Origin: Clostridia bacterium
GTDB lineage: Bacteria > Bacillota > Clostridia > Oscillospirales > SIG627
Assembly (NCBI GenBank): GCA_017517325.1
Contig: JAFWZW010000024.1
Span: forward strand, 20,092 to 84,091
DNA: 64,000 nt
Direction: 5' to 3'
The notes beneath the pieces are model-generated. The model was not told the origin of the DNA, ran no database searches, and saw only the letters and a list, made by a program, of their open reading frames with translations. This document shows, piece by piece, positions 28,062 through 37,939 of this stretch. The number at the start of each line of letters is the position of its first letter. The first letter of the stretch is position 1. The position numbers were made by a program, and so were the translations under genes.

Positions 28062-29588
28062 TCACAAATGCTTTCTCTTAACGTAAACCACAATGCCGAG
28101 AGCAAATACGGCAAGAGGAATGATCACTGCCACGATGATGCCATATACGATGGCAGTTCCCTGGTCTACGTCAAGGGTATAATCCTGAAGTACCTTATAG
28201 TTGGTCTCCATGGCAATATCCTCATCGGAAAGAAGACGGATCATATTGTTCACCATATCCGCATTACCAAACTGCTCGCGGAATGCGTTGGTCTCGGTAA
28301 AGTTTTCACTGCCGATGAGAAGCAGATGACCGTAGGTTTCTGCATTATCGATATAAGTAAATCGCGTGGAGATAGCCATTAGGTTAAAGGGACCGGTCTT
28401 TTTCTCCGTTCCGTTTTCCGTGGTAACCTCAACGTAGGAGTTATCGGAGGAGGTGAGCACGGGCTCGATCACGGTCTCCAGCATATCACCCTCGAAAAGC
28501 AGGTTGATGGGGGCGGCAGAAGGGCAAACAGTACGGGGGGGATTGGAAAGATCGGTAAGAGATTTTGTAAGAACAGCCGCTACGCTTTCGGATTCTGCGT
28601 AGTTGGCATAGATCAGGCGGTTATTCTGGGGGTAACTGTAGGTATCATCCATAACCACTTGATTGCGCACCAGCTCAAGTCCCCAATCTGCCAAAAGCTC
28701 ATCCAAAACGGGAAGCTGAGGGGTAGTAGGAGATGCCATTACCACCATAGAGCCGTAGGAGTTCAGGTAATCGGAGATCTTGGTATACTCGGTTACCACG
28801 GTATCATCCTGAGAATAGGTGATATCCTTAACGGGAGCGCACATAAAGAGGATCTTGGAATCCTTGCTGATCTCATCCTTGGTGAGGTCAACGTTTTCAA
28901 TGGCAAAGCCGCAATCGGTCAAGGTTTCATTGAGCACCTTGGGTACCGATTCACCGTGACCCGTGGTAAAGGTAACCACCGGGCGATTGCGGGAGGTGAT
29001 ATAAATGATGGCAGCATTGAACTTCATTTCGCCCTGAAATGCCCAGACGTTTTCGCCGTTCTCATCATACACCAGGCAGGAATCGAAGGTAAGGTAACGG
29101 AAGGCACCCTTTTCCTGGGTATTGGTAACGAGAATGGCGTTGGGATCGATCTGATAGCCGAGAGCGGTATACTGCTCGTAGCGTTCAGGGTGGATCAAAA
29201 CGTCTTCGCGAAATTCTACGGTGATCTGGGGGTACTTTTCGGCATAGCTTTCTGCCAGATTCACCACCCAGGATTTTTGCTCACTCTCCATGATCTTGTC
29301 TCTTGCCTGAAGGAAGCTGATGAGGATCTGGGGGTCTTCTCCGTTTTCTTCACGGAAGTTGGCAAACTGCTTTTCTACCAACTCTTCCGTTTCTTCACCG
29401 ATGGTGAAGATCTGATCCTGAGTTAAATCAAAATAGAGACTGAATTTGGAATCAACCGCGGAAACGATCACGTTCATCAGGATCACCACGGCAATAAACA
29501 TTGCGGTAAAGACGGTGGCAACGGCACCGTATTTAAATTTTCTAGAAGAAAAAAGTTTTCTTTTCACAGTTTTCTTATTCTTATCCAT
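28062..29588 (-). CDS. GldG-like ABC auxiliary protein (GIFT/IFT52-type domain)
   Basis: N-terminal TM, FDLTQDQIFTI, FQGEMKFNAAI, FTTGHGE, C-terminal TM ending VYVKRKHL. Confidence 0.8.
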   Translation of the reverse strand: MDKNKKTVKRKLFSSRKFKYGAVATVFTAMFIAVVILMNVIVSAVDSKFSLYFDLTQDQIFTIGEETEELVEKQFANFREENGEDPQILISFLQARDKIMESEQKSWVVNLAESYAEKYPQITVEFREDVLIHPERYEQYTALGYQIDPNAILVTNTQEKGAFRYLTFDSCLVYDENGENVWAFQGEMKFNAAIIYITSRNRPVVTFTTGHGESVPKVLNETLTDCGFAIENVDLTKDEISKDSKILFMCAPVKDITYSQDDTVVTEYTKISDYLNSYGSMVVMASPTTPQLPVLDELLADWGLELVRNQVVMDDTYSYPQNNRLIYANYAESESVAAVLTKSLTDLSNPPRTVCPSAAPINLLFEGDMLETVIEPVLTSSDNSYVEVTTENGTEKKTGPFNLMAISTRFTYIDNAETYGHLLLIGSENFTETNAFREQFGNADMVNNMIRLLSDEDIAMETNYKVLQDYTLDVDQGTAIVYGIIVAVIIPLAVFALGIVVYVKRKHL

Positions 29589-29601
29589 GATACAATCCTC
29601 C

Positions 29602-30306
29602 TTATGCCCAGCGCCGCTTCTCATAGACTCGAACGGTCAAAAAGAGAAAAACCACGGAAATGGAAATGTAGTAAAGAAGTGAGACCAGATCGAAATAGCC
29701 GTAGGTAAATACGTAAAAGCGATCGAAAATGGAGATCCATTTCAAAACCACGCGCAAGGGGGTGAAGCCCACATAGTTGGCAAGAACCCCCAAAACCAAG
29801 GTTGCCGCAATGGCGCAAATGGTAAGAAGGGCTGAGATCAACTGGTTCTCGGTGCAAGCGGAAATGAAAATTCCGATGGCAACGAAGGCAGAGCCGATCA
29901 AAAGAATGCCAAGGGTGGTGGAAAAGAGGATCGCCGTATTGGGTTCACCGTAAACATAAAGAACGGGGAAATTCAGGCAGGAAAGAAGAAGAGTTCCCGC
30001 AAACATCGTGAAGGCCGCAAGATACTTTGCGAAGATCACGGAAAAGAGGCTGACGGGAGATGTGAGAAGGATCTGCTCGGTCTTACTCTTTTTTTCCTCA
30101 CTGAGGCTTCTCATTGTGAGAAGGGGGATGAGAACGGCAAACAGATAAAGGAGAATGGTGTAATACACGCTGATCTCACAGGTGCCGGAATAGAGCGTTG
30201 TGTAAGTAAACAGAAGAGAGGAAACACAAAGGAACAACGCCACGTACACGTAGCCGATGGGGCTGACGAAATAAGAACGAAGCTCTTTCTTGTAAATGGC
30301 AAGCAT
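29602..30306 (-). CDS. ABC-2 permease (GldF-like)
   Basis: MLAIYKKELRSYFVSPIGYV, LTMRSLSEEKK..TEQILLTSP, six TMs. Confidence 0.88.
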   Translation of the reverse strand: MLAIYKKELRSYFVSPIGYVYVALFLCVSSLLFTYTTLYSGTCEISVYYTILLYLFAVLIPLLTMRSLSEEKKSKTEQILLTSPVSLFSVIFAKYLAAFTMFAGTLLLSCLNFPVLYVYGEPNTAILFSTTLGILLIGSAFVAIGIFISACTENQLISALLTICAIAATLVLGVLANYVGFTPLRVVLKWISIFDRFYVFTYGYFDLVSLLYYISISVVFLFLTVRVYEKRRWA

Positions 30307-31274
30307 CAGTTTTTCCCTCCTTTTCCGGTTTTTGCTTTAGTACTGCGATCCTGGATCAGGGCAAGGAATACGTCCTCCAGATCCATACCCATCACGTCCA
30401 TACCGATCACGGGCCATCTCTTCTCCGCTAAAGCAAAGAACAGAGGCTTGCGGATATCGATGTTTTCGGCGCTTTCGATCATATAGGCAATGCTGTCACC
30501 GTCTCTCTGACCAATGACCTCGGCATAGGTAACGCCGGTAATGGATTTGATCAGCTTCAAAACGTCGTTCTGGGGGCCGCAGATGCTATAGGTCATTCTG
30601 CGTTTACCCTCAACGGCGTGGGCAATGTTCTCAGTCTTTTCGTTGGCGACCACCTTGCCCTTGTTGATGACCACAATCCGATCGCAGATGGCTTGTACCT
30701 CGGAGAGAATATGGGTGGAAAGAATGATCGTATGCTCTTTTCCCAGACCCTTGATAAGATTGCGGATCTCAATGATCTGCTTAGGGTCAAGACCTACCGT
30801 GGGTTCATCAAAAATCAGAACGGGGGGATTGCCGATAAGTGCCTGAGCGATACCCACTCTCTGTCGGTAACCTTTGGAAAGGTTGCGGATCACGCGGTCA
30901 GCCACGTCGGTGATCTTGACCACGTCACAGATCTCTTTCAGATGCTTTTTTCGATCCAGACGGCAATTCTTCAATTCGTAAACGAAGTTGAGATATTCCC
31001 TGACGGTCATATCCAGATACAGAGGGGGTTGCTCCGGCAAAAAGCCGATCTTCTTCTTTGCGGCGATAGGATCCTCGAAGATATCGATCCCGTCGATCTT
31101 GGCAGATCCTTCCGTTGCAGACAGAAAGCCCGTCAGAATGTTCAGAGTCGTAGACTTACCGGCGCCGTTGGGGCCCAAAAAGCCCATGATTTCACCTGCA
31201 TTTACGGTAAAGGTGACGTTATCTGCCGCCATCTTATTACCGTAGCGCTTGGTGATCCCATTGATTTCAATCAT
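30306..31274 (-). CDS. ABC transporter ATP-binding subunit (GldA-like)
   Basis: GPNGAGKST, LSKGYRQRVG, IFDEPTVGLDP, STH. Confidence 0.92.
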   Translation of the reverse strand: MIEINGITKRYGNKMAADNVTFTVNAGEIMGFLGPNGAGKSTTLNILTGFLSATEGSAKIDGIDIFEDPIAAKKKIGFLPEQPPLYLDMTVREYLNFVYELKNCRLDRKKHLKEICDVVKITDVADRVIRNLSKGYRQRVGIAQALIGNPPVLIFDEPTVGLDPKQIIEIRNLIKGLGKEHTIILSTHILSEVQAICDRIVVINKGKVVANEKTENIAHAVEGKRRMTYSICGPQNDVLKLIKSITGVTYAEVIGQRDGDSIAYMIESAENIDIRKPLFFALAEKRWPVIGMDVMGMDLEDVFLALIQDRSTKAKTGKGGKN

Positions 31275-31305
31275 AACTTATTAAACGTTCCTTTCAGAAT
31301 GTGTT

Positions 31306-33078
31306 TTACTTCTCTTCCCGATTCACAAGAGCAATGGCAAGCTCGTCCAAGGACTCCTGGGGTACGGGAGCAGGACACTGAGTCATAATCTCGCAAGCAT
31401 TTTGCACCTTGGGGAATGCGATACAATCGCGAATGGCATCCAGCCCAAGCAGAAGGCTGACCAGACGGTCAAAGCCGAAGGCAAGGCCTGCGTGAGGGGG
31501 AACACCGTAACGGAAGGCTTCCAACAAAAAGCCGAATTTTACTTCTGCTTCTTCCTTGGTCAAGCCGATGATATCAAATACCTTTTGCTGAACGTCGCGA
31601 CGATGGATTCTCACGGAACCGCCGCCTGCTTCCCAGCCATTTATAACGATATCGTAAGCCTTGGCGCGCACCTGCTCGGGTGCAGTATCCAGAAGGGGAA
31701 GATCTTCGTCCTTGGGGCTGGTGAAGGGGTGATGCATCGCCTTATACTTGCCGGTCTCTTCATCACGCTCGAACATGGGGAAATCGGTTACCCAAAGGAG
31801 GGAGAAGGATTTGGGATCGTAAAAGCCGAACTGCTCACCGCACTTGGAACGAAGAGCCCCCAAAGAATCAAATACCACCTGATTCTTCGTATCAGCAACC
31901 ACGAAGAGCACGTCACCCTTTTCAAAGCCACAGGCCTTTTCGATGGCAACGTTTTCTTCCTCGGTGAGGAATTTTGCGTAAGAAGAGGTCTTTTCTTCCC
32001 CGCCCTTCAACCAGGCAAGCCCTTTGGCACGGTAGGTTTTGACAAAATCAGTCAGCTTGTCGATCTCTTTACGGCTCATACGGTCTGCCACGCCCTTGAC
32101 GTTGATAGCGCGAACGGAGCCTCCCTCTGCCACGGCACCGGAAAACACCTTAAACCCGCAATTTTCTACGATGGAGGAAAGGTTTATGAGCTTCATATCA
32201 AAGCGAAGGTCCGGCTTATCGGAGCCGTAGTTTTCCATGGCTTCCTTCCAAGGAAGTCGGGGAAGGGGGGTGGGGATCTCGATGCCAAGCTCTTCGCGGA
32301 AGATCTTCTTCAAGAAGCCTTCGTTGATGCTCATAACGTCATCCTCGTCCACAAAGGACATTTCCAGATCCAGCTGAGTAAATTCAGGCTGACGGTCTGC
32401 GCGAAGGTCCTCGTCACGGAAGCATTTTGTGATCTGCATATAGCGGTCAAAGCCGGAGACCATCAAAAGCTGCTTGTAAAGCTGAGGAGATTGGGGCAAT
32501 GCGTAAAAGGAGCCGGGATGAACGCGGCTGGGAACCAGATAGTCTCTGGCGCCTTCCGGGGTGGATTTAATGAGAACGGGGGTCTCGATCTCCAAAAAGC
32601 CTTGGGTATCAAAATAATCACGGGCGCTTTTTGCCAGTTTGTGACGGAAGCGCAAATTGTTCTGAAGCTGGGGGTGACGCAGGTTCAGGTAGCGGTATTT
32701 CAGCCGCGTCTCTTCCTTTACGTCCATAGAATTGAGCACCTCAAAGGGCGGGGTTTCGGCTTCAGACAAAATTTCCATTTTATCTACGGCCACTTCGATC
32801 TGACCGGTGGGAAGGTTGGGGTTTACGGCACCCTCGCCACGAGGGCGGATCACGCCTTCGGCAGACAGAACGAACTCTGCGCGTACGCCGAACGCCATAG
32901 AAAACAGCTCCTTGGGCGTATTTTCATCAAAAGCGAGCTGCAAAATGCCGCTACGGTCTCTCAAATCGATGAAGATCAGGGAGCCGAGGTCGCGCTGCTT
33001 TTGCACCCAACCGCAGACCTTTACTCTCGTTCCAATGTCTTTCGCCCCAAAGGAGGCACAATAATCAGTTCTTTGCAT
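31306..33078 (-). CDS. aspS: aspartate--tRNA ligase
   Basis: RDLGSLIFIDLRD, TPEGARDYLVP, FRDEDLRADRQPEFTQ, HHPFTSP, GFDRL; GAD insertion. Confidence 0.97.
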   Translation of the reverse strand: MQRTDYCASFGAKDIGTRVKVCGWVQKQRDLGSLIFIDLRDRSGILQLAFDENTPKELFSMAFGVRAEFVLSAEGVIRPRGEGAVNPNLPTGQIEVAVDKMEILSEAETPPFEVLNSMDVKEETRLKYRYLNLRHPQLQNNLRFRHKLAKSARDYFDTQGFLEIETPVLIKSTPEGARDYLVPSRVHPGSFYALPQSPQLYKQLLMVSGFDRYMQITKCFRDEDLRADRQPEFTQLDLEMSFVDEDDVMSINEGFLKKIFREELGIEIPTPLPRLPWKEAMENYGSDKPDLRFDMKLINLSSIVENCGFKVFSGAVAEGGSVRAINVKGVADRMSRKEIDKLTDFVKTYRAKGLAWLKGGEEKTSSYAKFLTEEENVAIEKACGFEKGDVLFVVADTKNQVVFDSLGALRSKCGEQFGFYDPKSFSLLWVTDFPMFERDEETGKYKAMHHPFTSPKDEDLPLLDTAPEQVRAKAYDIVINGWEAGGGSVRIHRRDVQQKVFDIIGLTKEEAEVKFGFLLEAFRYGVPPHAGLAFGFDRLVSLLLGLDAIRDCIAFPKVQNACEIMTQCPAPVPQESLDELAIALVNREEK

Positions 33079-33123
33079 GGTTTCGATCCTTCTATTTTGA
33101 TTTTATAATTTCTCTTTTCAACT

Positions 33124-33519
33124 TCAGCGCATATTTTCGCGCCAATCCAGATCCCCTCTGCCAAGAGCCATAATGATGGTCTCGGCAGTAGCAAGGTTGG
33201 TAGCAAGAGGGAGATTGTATGCGTCGCAAAGGCGGATCAACTCCGCATCGTACACGTCCAGCTCCTCACCGGCACCGGCACTTCTAAGATAAAGCACGAT
33301 ATCGATCTCACCGTAAGCGATACGGGAATTGATCTGTTCTCTACCGCCGGAGGCACCGCCCAAAAGGGTTTCAACCGAAAGGCCGGTGGCTTCCGAAACG
33401 ATCCTGCCGGTGGTTGCAGTAGCAAAGAGCGCATGCTTGGAAAGAATACCGCTGTAGGCAATACAAAGCTGCGCCATCAACTCTTTTTTATCATCCTGTG
33501 CGATCAGTGCTATCTGCAT
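33124..33519 (-). CDS. mgsA: methylglyoxal synthase-like protein lacking the catalytic residues
   Basis: MQIALIAQDDKK, ATATTG, RLCDAYNLPLATNLATAE fold signature; GGAGG RBS before ATG 33519. Confidence 0.8.
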   Translation of the reverse strand: MQIALIAQDDKKELMAQLCIAYSGILSKHALFATATTGRIVSEATGLSVETLLGGASGGREQINSRIAYGEIDIVLYLRSAGAGEELDVYDAELIRLCDAYNLPLATNLATAETIIMALGRGDLDWRENMR

Positions 33520-33565
33520 ATTTGATCCCTCCGTTATTTTATGGTTTGATATAGCTTGAATTTTT

Positions 33566-34348
33566 TCAGTAAAAGCGAATCCGTTTTCGTTTAGGCATAA
33601 CGCCTGAAAACAGAGGCACCGTTTCACCCATCAGGCGAAGCGCAACGTTTGCTGCCGCATTCCCCACAAGACTTTTTTTGTTGGCGGCAAGGGGAACACC
33701 TTTTGCAAGAGAGCGCTCTGCCCCCTCGTCAAAGGGAATGACACCTAAAATGGGAACGCTGGTGCGCATAATCACCTCCACCACTCGAAAAGGATTATCT
33801 CCCGGGCGCGACACGTGGAAGCTATTTAAAAGCAGTTTTGCTTTTTCCGGGCTCTTGAGCCGCATAGCACACCGTTCCGCAGCGCGGATGGCAGTGGGTG
33901 CGGAGGTGGTGACCAAAAGGGTCTGATCCACCAAGGGGCAGTCCTCCAAAAAACGAAATGCGGCACCGCCGCCTGCAGGCATATCAAAAATTACCGCATC
34001 AAACCGATCCTTTACGTAAGCGATCAAAGCATCAAAATCTCGCTGTTCCACGTTTTCAAGAGCCATTTCGTTAAAGAATACCGGAGCGGAAAGGAAATAC
34101 ACGCCGTCATCCCCCGAGACAAAAGCATCCTTGCGGGAGGCGGGGTCGTTTAACAGATCCAGAAAGGTGGGGAGAACGGAATCCTCTCTGCCCAGCGCAA
34201 TATCAAGCCCGCCGGTACCGAGATCCATATCCACCGCAAGAACGCGCTTGCCAAGGCGAGCCATAGCGTAAGCAAGACTGGCGGAAAAAACGGTTTTACC
34301 CACACCGCCTTTTAAGCTGGTTACCACGATGATCTGTCCCACAAGCAC
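33566..34348 (-). CDS. minD: MinD/ParA-family ATPase (MinD-like)
   Basis: Deviant Walker A KGGVGKT, VDMDLG..GLDIALG, FDMPAG, LGVIPFD; GGGGAGAG RBS before GTG. Confidence 0.75.
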   Translation of the reverse strand: MLVGQIIVVTSLKGGVGKTVFSASLAYAMARLGKRVLAVDMDLGTGGLDIALGREDSVLPTFLDLLNDPASRKDAFVSGDDGVYFLSAPVFFNEMALENVEQRDFDALIAYVKDRFDAVIFDMPAGGGAAFRFLEDCPLVDQTLLVTTSAPTAIRAAERCAMRLKSPEKAKLLLNSFHVSRPGDNPFRVVEVIMRTSVPILGVIPFDEGAERSLAKGVPLAANKKSLVGNAAANVALRLMGETVPLFSGVMPKRKRIRFY

Positions 34349-34420
34349 TCCTCCCCTGCCGACAATACAGACGGCAAACGATTTTCGAAAACCGCAAAAT
34401 TACCGATTTTCATTCAAGGT

Positions 34421-34449
34421 ATTCTACCATAAATGTGGGTTTGCGTCAA
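34421..34449 (-). promoter_or_regulatory. sigmaA promoter for the minD-mgsA-aspS-ABC run
   Basis: TTGACG (34449-34444) - 17 nt with TG - TAGAAT (34426-34421). Confidence 0.6.
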
Positions 34450-34641
34450 TATTTTTTGTCTTTTTCGGCACTTTACACGAAAGAAAATAGAAAAATTTGG
34501 CATAAAATTTTAGATCGTTTTCTTCTCTTTCACACTATTTTCACAAAAGAAAACAAAATACCCAAAACACCTTGATTTTCCGCTAAAATTCGTCTATAAT
34601 ATTGTAAAGTTTGCAACAAAAAATTTCGTAAGGATGAAAAT

Positions 34642-35775
34642 ATGAGACAGTTTTTTACTTCAGAATCCGTAACAGAAGGACATCCCGACAAGATCTGCGA
34701 TCAGATCTCCGATGCCGTTTTAGATGAGATCCTCAAGGTTGACCCTACCGCCCGCGTTGCTTGCGAAACAGCCGTTACCACCGGCCTCGTTCTGGTAATG
34801 GGCGAGATCACTACCACCGCTTCCATCGATTTTCAGAAGATCGTCAGAGAAACCATCCGTGAGATCGGCTATGACAGGGCCAAATTCGGCTTCGATTGCG
34901 ATACCTGCGCCGTAATCAGCTCCGTTCATCAGCAATCCCCCGATATTGCTATGGGTGTTGATGCAGAAGGAGCGGGTGACCAAGGTATGATGTTCGGCTA
35001 CGCCTGCGACGAGACCCTCGAGCTGATGCCCCTTCCCATTTCCCTCTCCCACGCTTTGGCAAAAACGCTCACAAACGCAAGAAAGAGCGGCGTTCTCCCC
35101 TATCTTCGCCCCGACGGAAAGACCCAGGTTACCGTGGAATACCGCGATGGCATTCCCGCACGGGTCGAGACCATTGTTGTATCTTCTCAGCACGGAGCCG
35201 AGGTAGATCAGGAGACCATCCGTAAAGACGTTATCAAGCACGTGATCACCCCCACCATCCCCAAGAATCTGATGGATAAGAATACCAAGATCCTGGTTAA
35301 CCCCACCGGTCGCTTCGTAGTAGGCGGCCCCCAAGGCGACAGCGGTCTGACAGGCAGGAAGATCATCGTGGATACCTACGGCGGTTATTCCCGTCACGGC
35401 GGCGGTGCCTTTTCAGGAAAAGACCCCACCAAGGTTGACAGAAGCGCTTCCTACGCTGCTCGCTACCTTGCCAAAAACGTGGTTGCCGCAGGGCTCGCTT
35501 CCAAGTGCGAGGTGCAGATCTCTTACGCCATCGGTGTGGCAGAGCCCACCTCCGTTCTGGTTGATACCTTCGGAACCGGCGTTCTTTCCGACGAAGCCAT
35601 TGCCCTTACCCTTCGCGAGCTGGTAGATCTTACCCCGCGCGGAATCATCACCACCTTGGATCTGCGCAGACCCATCTACAAGCCCTTCGCCGCTTACGGC
35701 CACATGGGCAGAGAAGAGTTGAATGCTCCTTGGGAAAAGACGGATCTTGCAGAAAAGCTAAAAAAATTGAAATAA
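34642..35775 (+). CDS. metK: S-adenosylmethionine synthetase
   Basis: [42 protein letters not shown]. Confidence 0.98.
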   Translation: MRQFFTSESVTEGHPDKICDQISDAVLDEILKVDPTARVACETAVTTGLVLVMGEITTTASIDFQKIVRETIREIGYDRAKFGFDCDTCAVISSVHQQSPDIAMGVDAEGAGDQGMMFGYACDETLELMPLPISLSHALAKTLTNARKSGVLPYLRPDGKTQVTVEYRDGIPARVETIVVSSQHGAEVDQETIRKDVIKHVITPTIPKNLMDKNTKILVNPTGRFVVGGPQGDSGLTGRKIIVDTYGGYSRHGGGAFSGKDPTKVDRSASYAARYLAKNVVAAGLASKCEVQISYAIGVAEPTSVLVDTFGTGVLSDEAIALTLRELVDLTPRGIITTLDLRRPIYKPFAAYGHMGREELNAPWEKTDLAEKLKKLK

Positions 35776-35786
35776 TCCGAAATACC

Positions 35787-35828
35787 AAAAAATCCATTTC
35801 CAAAATAAATTTGGAAATGGATTTTTTT
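35787..35828. terminator. bidirectional intrinsic terminator
   Basis: AAAAAATCCATTTCCAAA-ataaa-TTTGGAAATGGATTTTTT. Confidence 0.85.
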
Positions 35829-35829
35829 A

Positions 35830-37287
35830 TCAGCGTCTGCGGCGACGGCGTATTTGCAAAAGGAAGCTGACGATGATCGAAAGGGTCAAAAGCACCAGCA
35901 CGGAAAGAAGGATCATCATTTTTCTTTGCTTTGCCTCCAATTCTCTCATCACCCGTGCTTCTTCCTCCGCAAGGGCGGCAAGACGGGCTTTTTCCAGACG
36001 CTCCGATTCTTCGCGGGCAAGGCGCTCCGCTTCCTCCTTTTGGCGCTTTTCTTCCTCCAGTGCGGCAAAGCGCTGACGGGCAAGTTCTTCCGCCTGCTCC
36101 TTCCGACTTTTGAGGTTTTCAAAGAAATCGTTTTTCGACACGTCCTCCCCTACGCGGGAAAGATACAGACCGTATTGGCAGGGGGAATGGGTCTTGATCT
36201 GACTTGCGGCAGTGATCTCCCCCGCATTGCCGTTCAGCCAACGGCGAAACCAAGTATACTGCTGAGAATCGTGACACGCAAAGCCTTCTTTTGTCACCTG
36301 AAAGGCGGTCTTTCCTCCAAAGGCGGCAAGGGGAATATCCCAATTCAACACGATGGGTTGTTCCGGATACAGATGCAAATAAGTTTTAGGCACCTCCCAA
36401 ACACCGTATATTTCAGCGCTTTCAGGAAAGCTTGCGGCATCCCCCGCGATGTTTACCGCCTCCTGCAGAGTGGCGGAATTGAGCCTGTGCTGACCGTGAC
36501 CGTATTCCCCCAAGGGATCGTGCCCCACTACCACCAAGGGTTGGAAGCGACGGAGCATTTCCACCTGAAAGGAGACCACTGCTTCACGGGAGAACCCGCG
36601 TGAGGCAAACTGGCCTGCGGCAGCGGCTTCACTTTCGCTGTAAAGATCGGGAAAAGGGCTGATCACGGGATAATTTTTGACCCCTACGGTCCAGAGCCCT
36701 CGGAGCAGCTCGTGACGGCGCATCGGCTCGTTTTTATGGTCAGTAAAATAGATCACCTGCACTGCAAGGTCACGCTCCCCTGCATAATAAGGAAGAACCC
36801 CTGCGAAGAAGAGCTGTTCGTCATCGGCGTGGGTGGTCATCAAGCAGAGATCCGCCTTTCCGCAAGGCTCCTGCCACTTTTGCACCCAAGAAGGGGTTTC
36901 CCCCGCAAAGGCGTAAATCTCCAAAATGGAAACCTGCGCGTCAAAGCGAAGGGTCACGCTGCCCTTGCCTTCTCCGAAGAGATACACCAGATCCACGTAT
37001 TCCCGCAGAAACTGTGCGCGGATCTTACACTCCGCACCGTCAACGATCAAAGTAAAATCCGTTGGGGTATCGAAAAACAAAAGGTATAGCCCCTCCATAG
37101 GCGTGGCGGAATTTACCGTCACCTCCCCGGTAACGGCACGGGTATTTTCATTTCGGTCCACAAGGCGGGAAAGATTCGGAGAGGCGGCAAGCGAAAGGCT
37201 TTCCCCCTGCGCACCTGCGGAAACGGTAAGCCCGCCCACAAGAAGGGCAACCGCTAAAAAGATCCAAATATATTTCAAACACTTCAT
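35830..37287 (-). CDS. exported PIG-L/LmbE-family deacetylase with coiled-coil stalk and C-terminal TM
   Basis: Signal peptide; HADDE, RRHE, GEYGHGQH motifs; E/R/A-rich helix; TM + RRRRRR. Confidence 0.8.
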   Translation of the reverse strand: MKCLKYIWIFLAVALLVGGLTVSAGAQGESLSLAASPNLSRLVDRNENTRAVTGEVTVNSATPMEGLYLLFFDTPTDFTLIVDGAECKIRAQFLREYVDLVYLFGEGKGSVTLRFDAQVSILEIYAFAGETPSWVQKWQEPCGKADLCLMTTHADDEQLFFAGVLPYYAGERDLAVQVIYFTDHKNEPMRRHELLRGLWTVGVKNYPVISPFPDLYSESEAAAAGQFASRGFSREAVVSFQVEMLRRFQPLVVVGHDPLGEYGHGQHRLNSATLQEAVNIAGDAASFPESAEIYGVWEVPKTYLHLYPEQPIVLNWDIPLAAFGGKTAFQVTKEGFACHDSQQYTWFRRWLNGNAGEITAASQIKTHSPCQYGLYLSRVGEDVSKNDFFENLKSRKEQAEELARQRFAALEEEKRQKEEAERLAREESERLEKARLAALAEEEARVMRELEAKQRKMMILLSVLVLLTLSIIVSFLLQIRRRRRR

Positions 37288-37931
37288 GAGAACAGCGCCT
37301 TTCTGCAATCTTCAACGGTGGTGCACAGAGCGTCGGCCCCTGCTTTTTCCAGCTCCTCGCGGGAACCGTAGCCGTAAAGAACCCCCACGGTTTTCATACC
37401 GAATTTTTTACCGCCGAGAATATCGTATTCCCGATCCCCTACCATGGTACACGCTTCGGGCAGAGCTCCTACAAGCCCCATAGCGTGAGCAATCACGTCC
37501 TCCTTTTTGAAGCGGCTCACCTCATCCATCGTGGCACCGCTGACGGCGCAAAAATAAGAACGAATGGAAAAATGCTCCAGAATGCGAAGAGCAAATTCCT
37601 CCGGTTTGGAGGTAGCCAGTACCAATTGATAGCCTGCCGCCTTCAGGTCGGATAAAAGGGCGGGAATCCCCTCGTACAATTGATTTTCGAAAATTCCCTG
37701 ACGGGAAAAATACGTTTGAAAACGCTTCACCGCTTCCAGACCTTTTTCGTGGGGAAATCCGTAATACTTTTCAAAGGAATCCACCAAAGGTGGGCCGATG
37801 AAGGGATAAAGCTTTTCCCTGTCAGTCTCCACGATCCCATAGGTGGAAAGGGCGTACATAACGGAATTGGTGATCCCAAGGCCCGGATCGGTCAGGGTAC
37901 CGTCTAAATCAAAAAAGACAAATTTTGACAT
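37284..37931 (-). CDS. HAD-superfamily phosphatase (Gph-like)
   Basis: FDLDGTLTD, ATSKP, MVGDREYD. Confidence 0.9.
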   Translation of the reverse strand: MSKFVFFDLDGTLTDPGLGITNSVMYALSTYGIVETDREKLYPFIGPPLVDSFEKYYGFPHEKGLEAVKRFQTYFSRQGIFENQLYEGIPALLSDLKAAGYQLVLATSKPEEFALRILEHFSIRSYFCAVSGATMDEVSRFKKEDVIAHAMGLVGALPEACTMVGDREYDILGGKKFGMKTVGVLYGYGSREELEKAGADALCTTVEDCRKALFS

Positions 37932-37939
37932 ATTTCCTC

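Noticed and set aside
31402-33108. 568-aa ORF antisense to aspS (similar long ORFs lie opposite dnaB, ftsH, hdrA, frdA and glyA)
   Set aside because: Codon bias in the real gene removes stops from the mirrored frame; the products are not protein-like
34450-34641. SAM riboswitch upstream of metK
   Set aside because: AT-rich region with no S-box or SMK core that I can recognise; a likely -10 (TATAAT near 34595) leaves too short a leader
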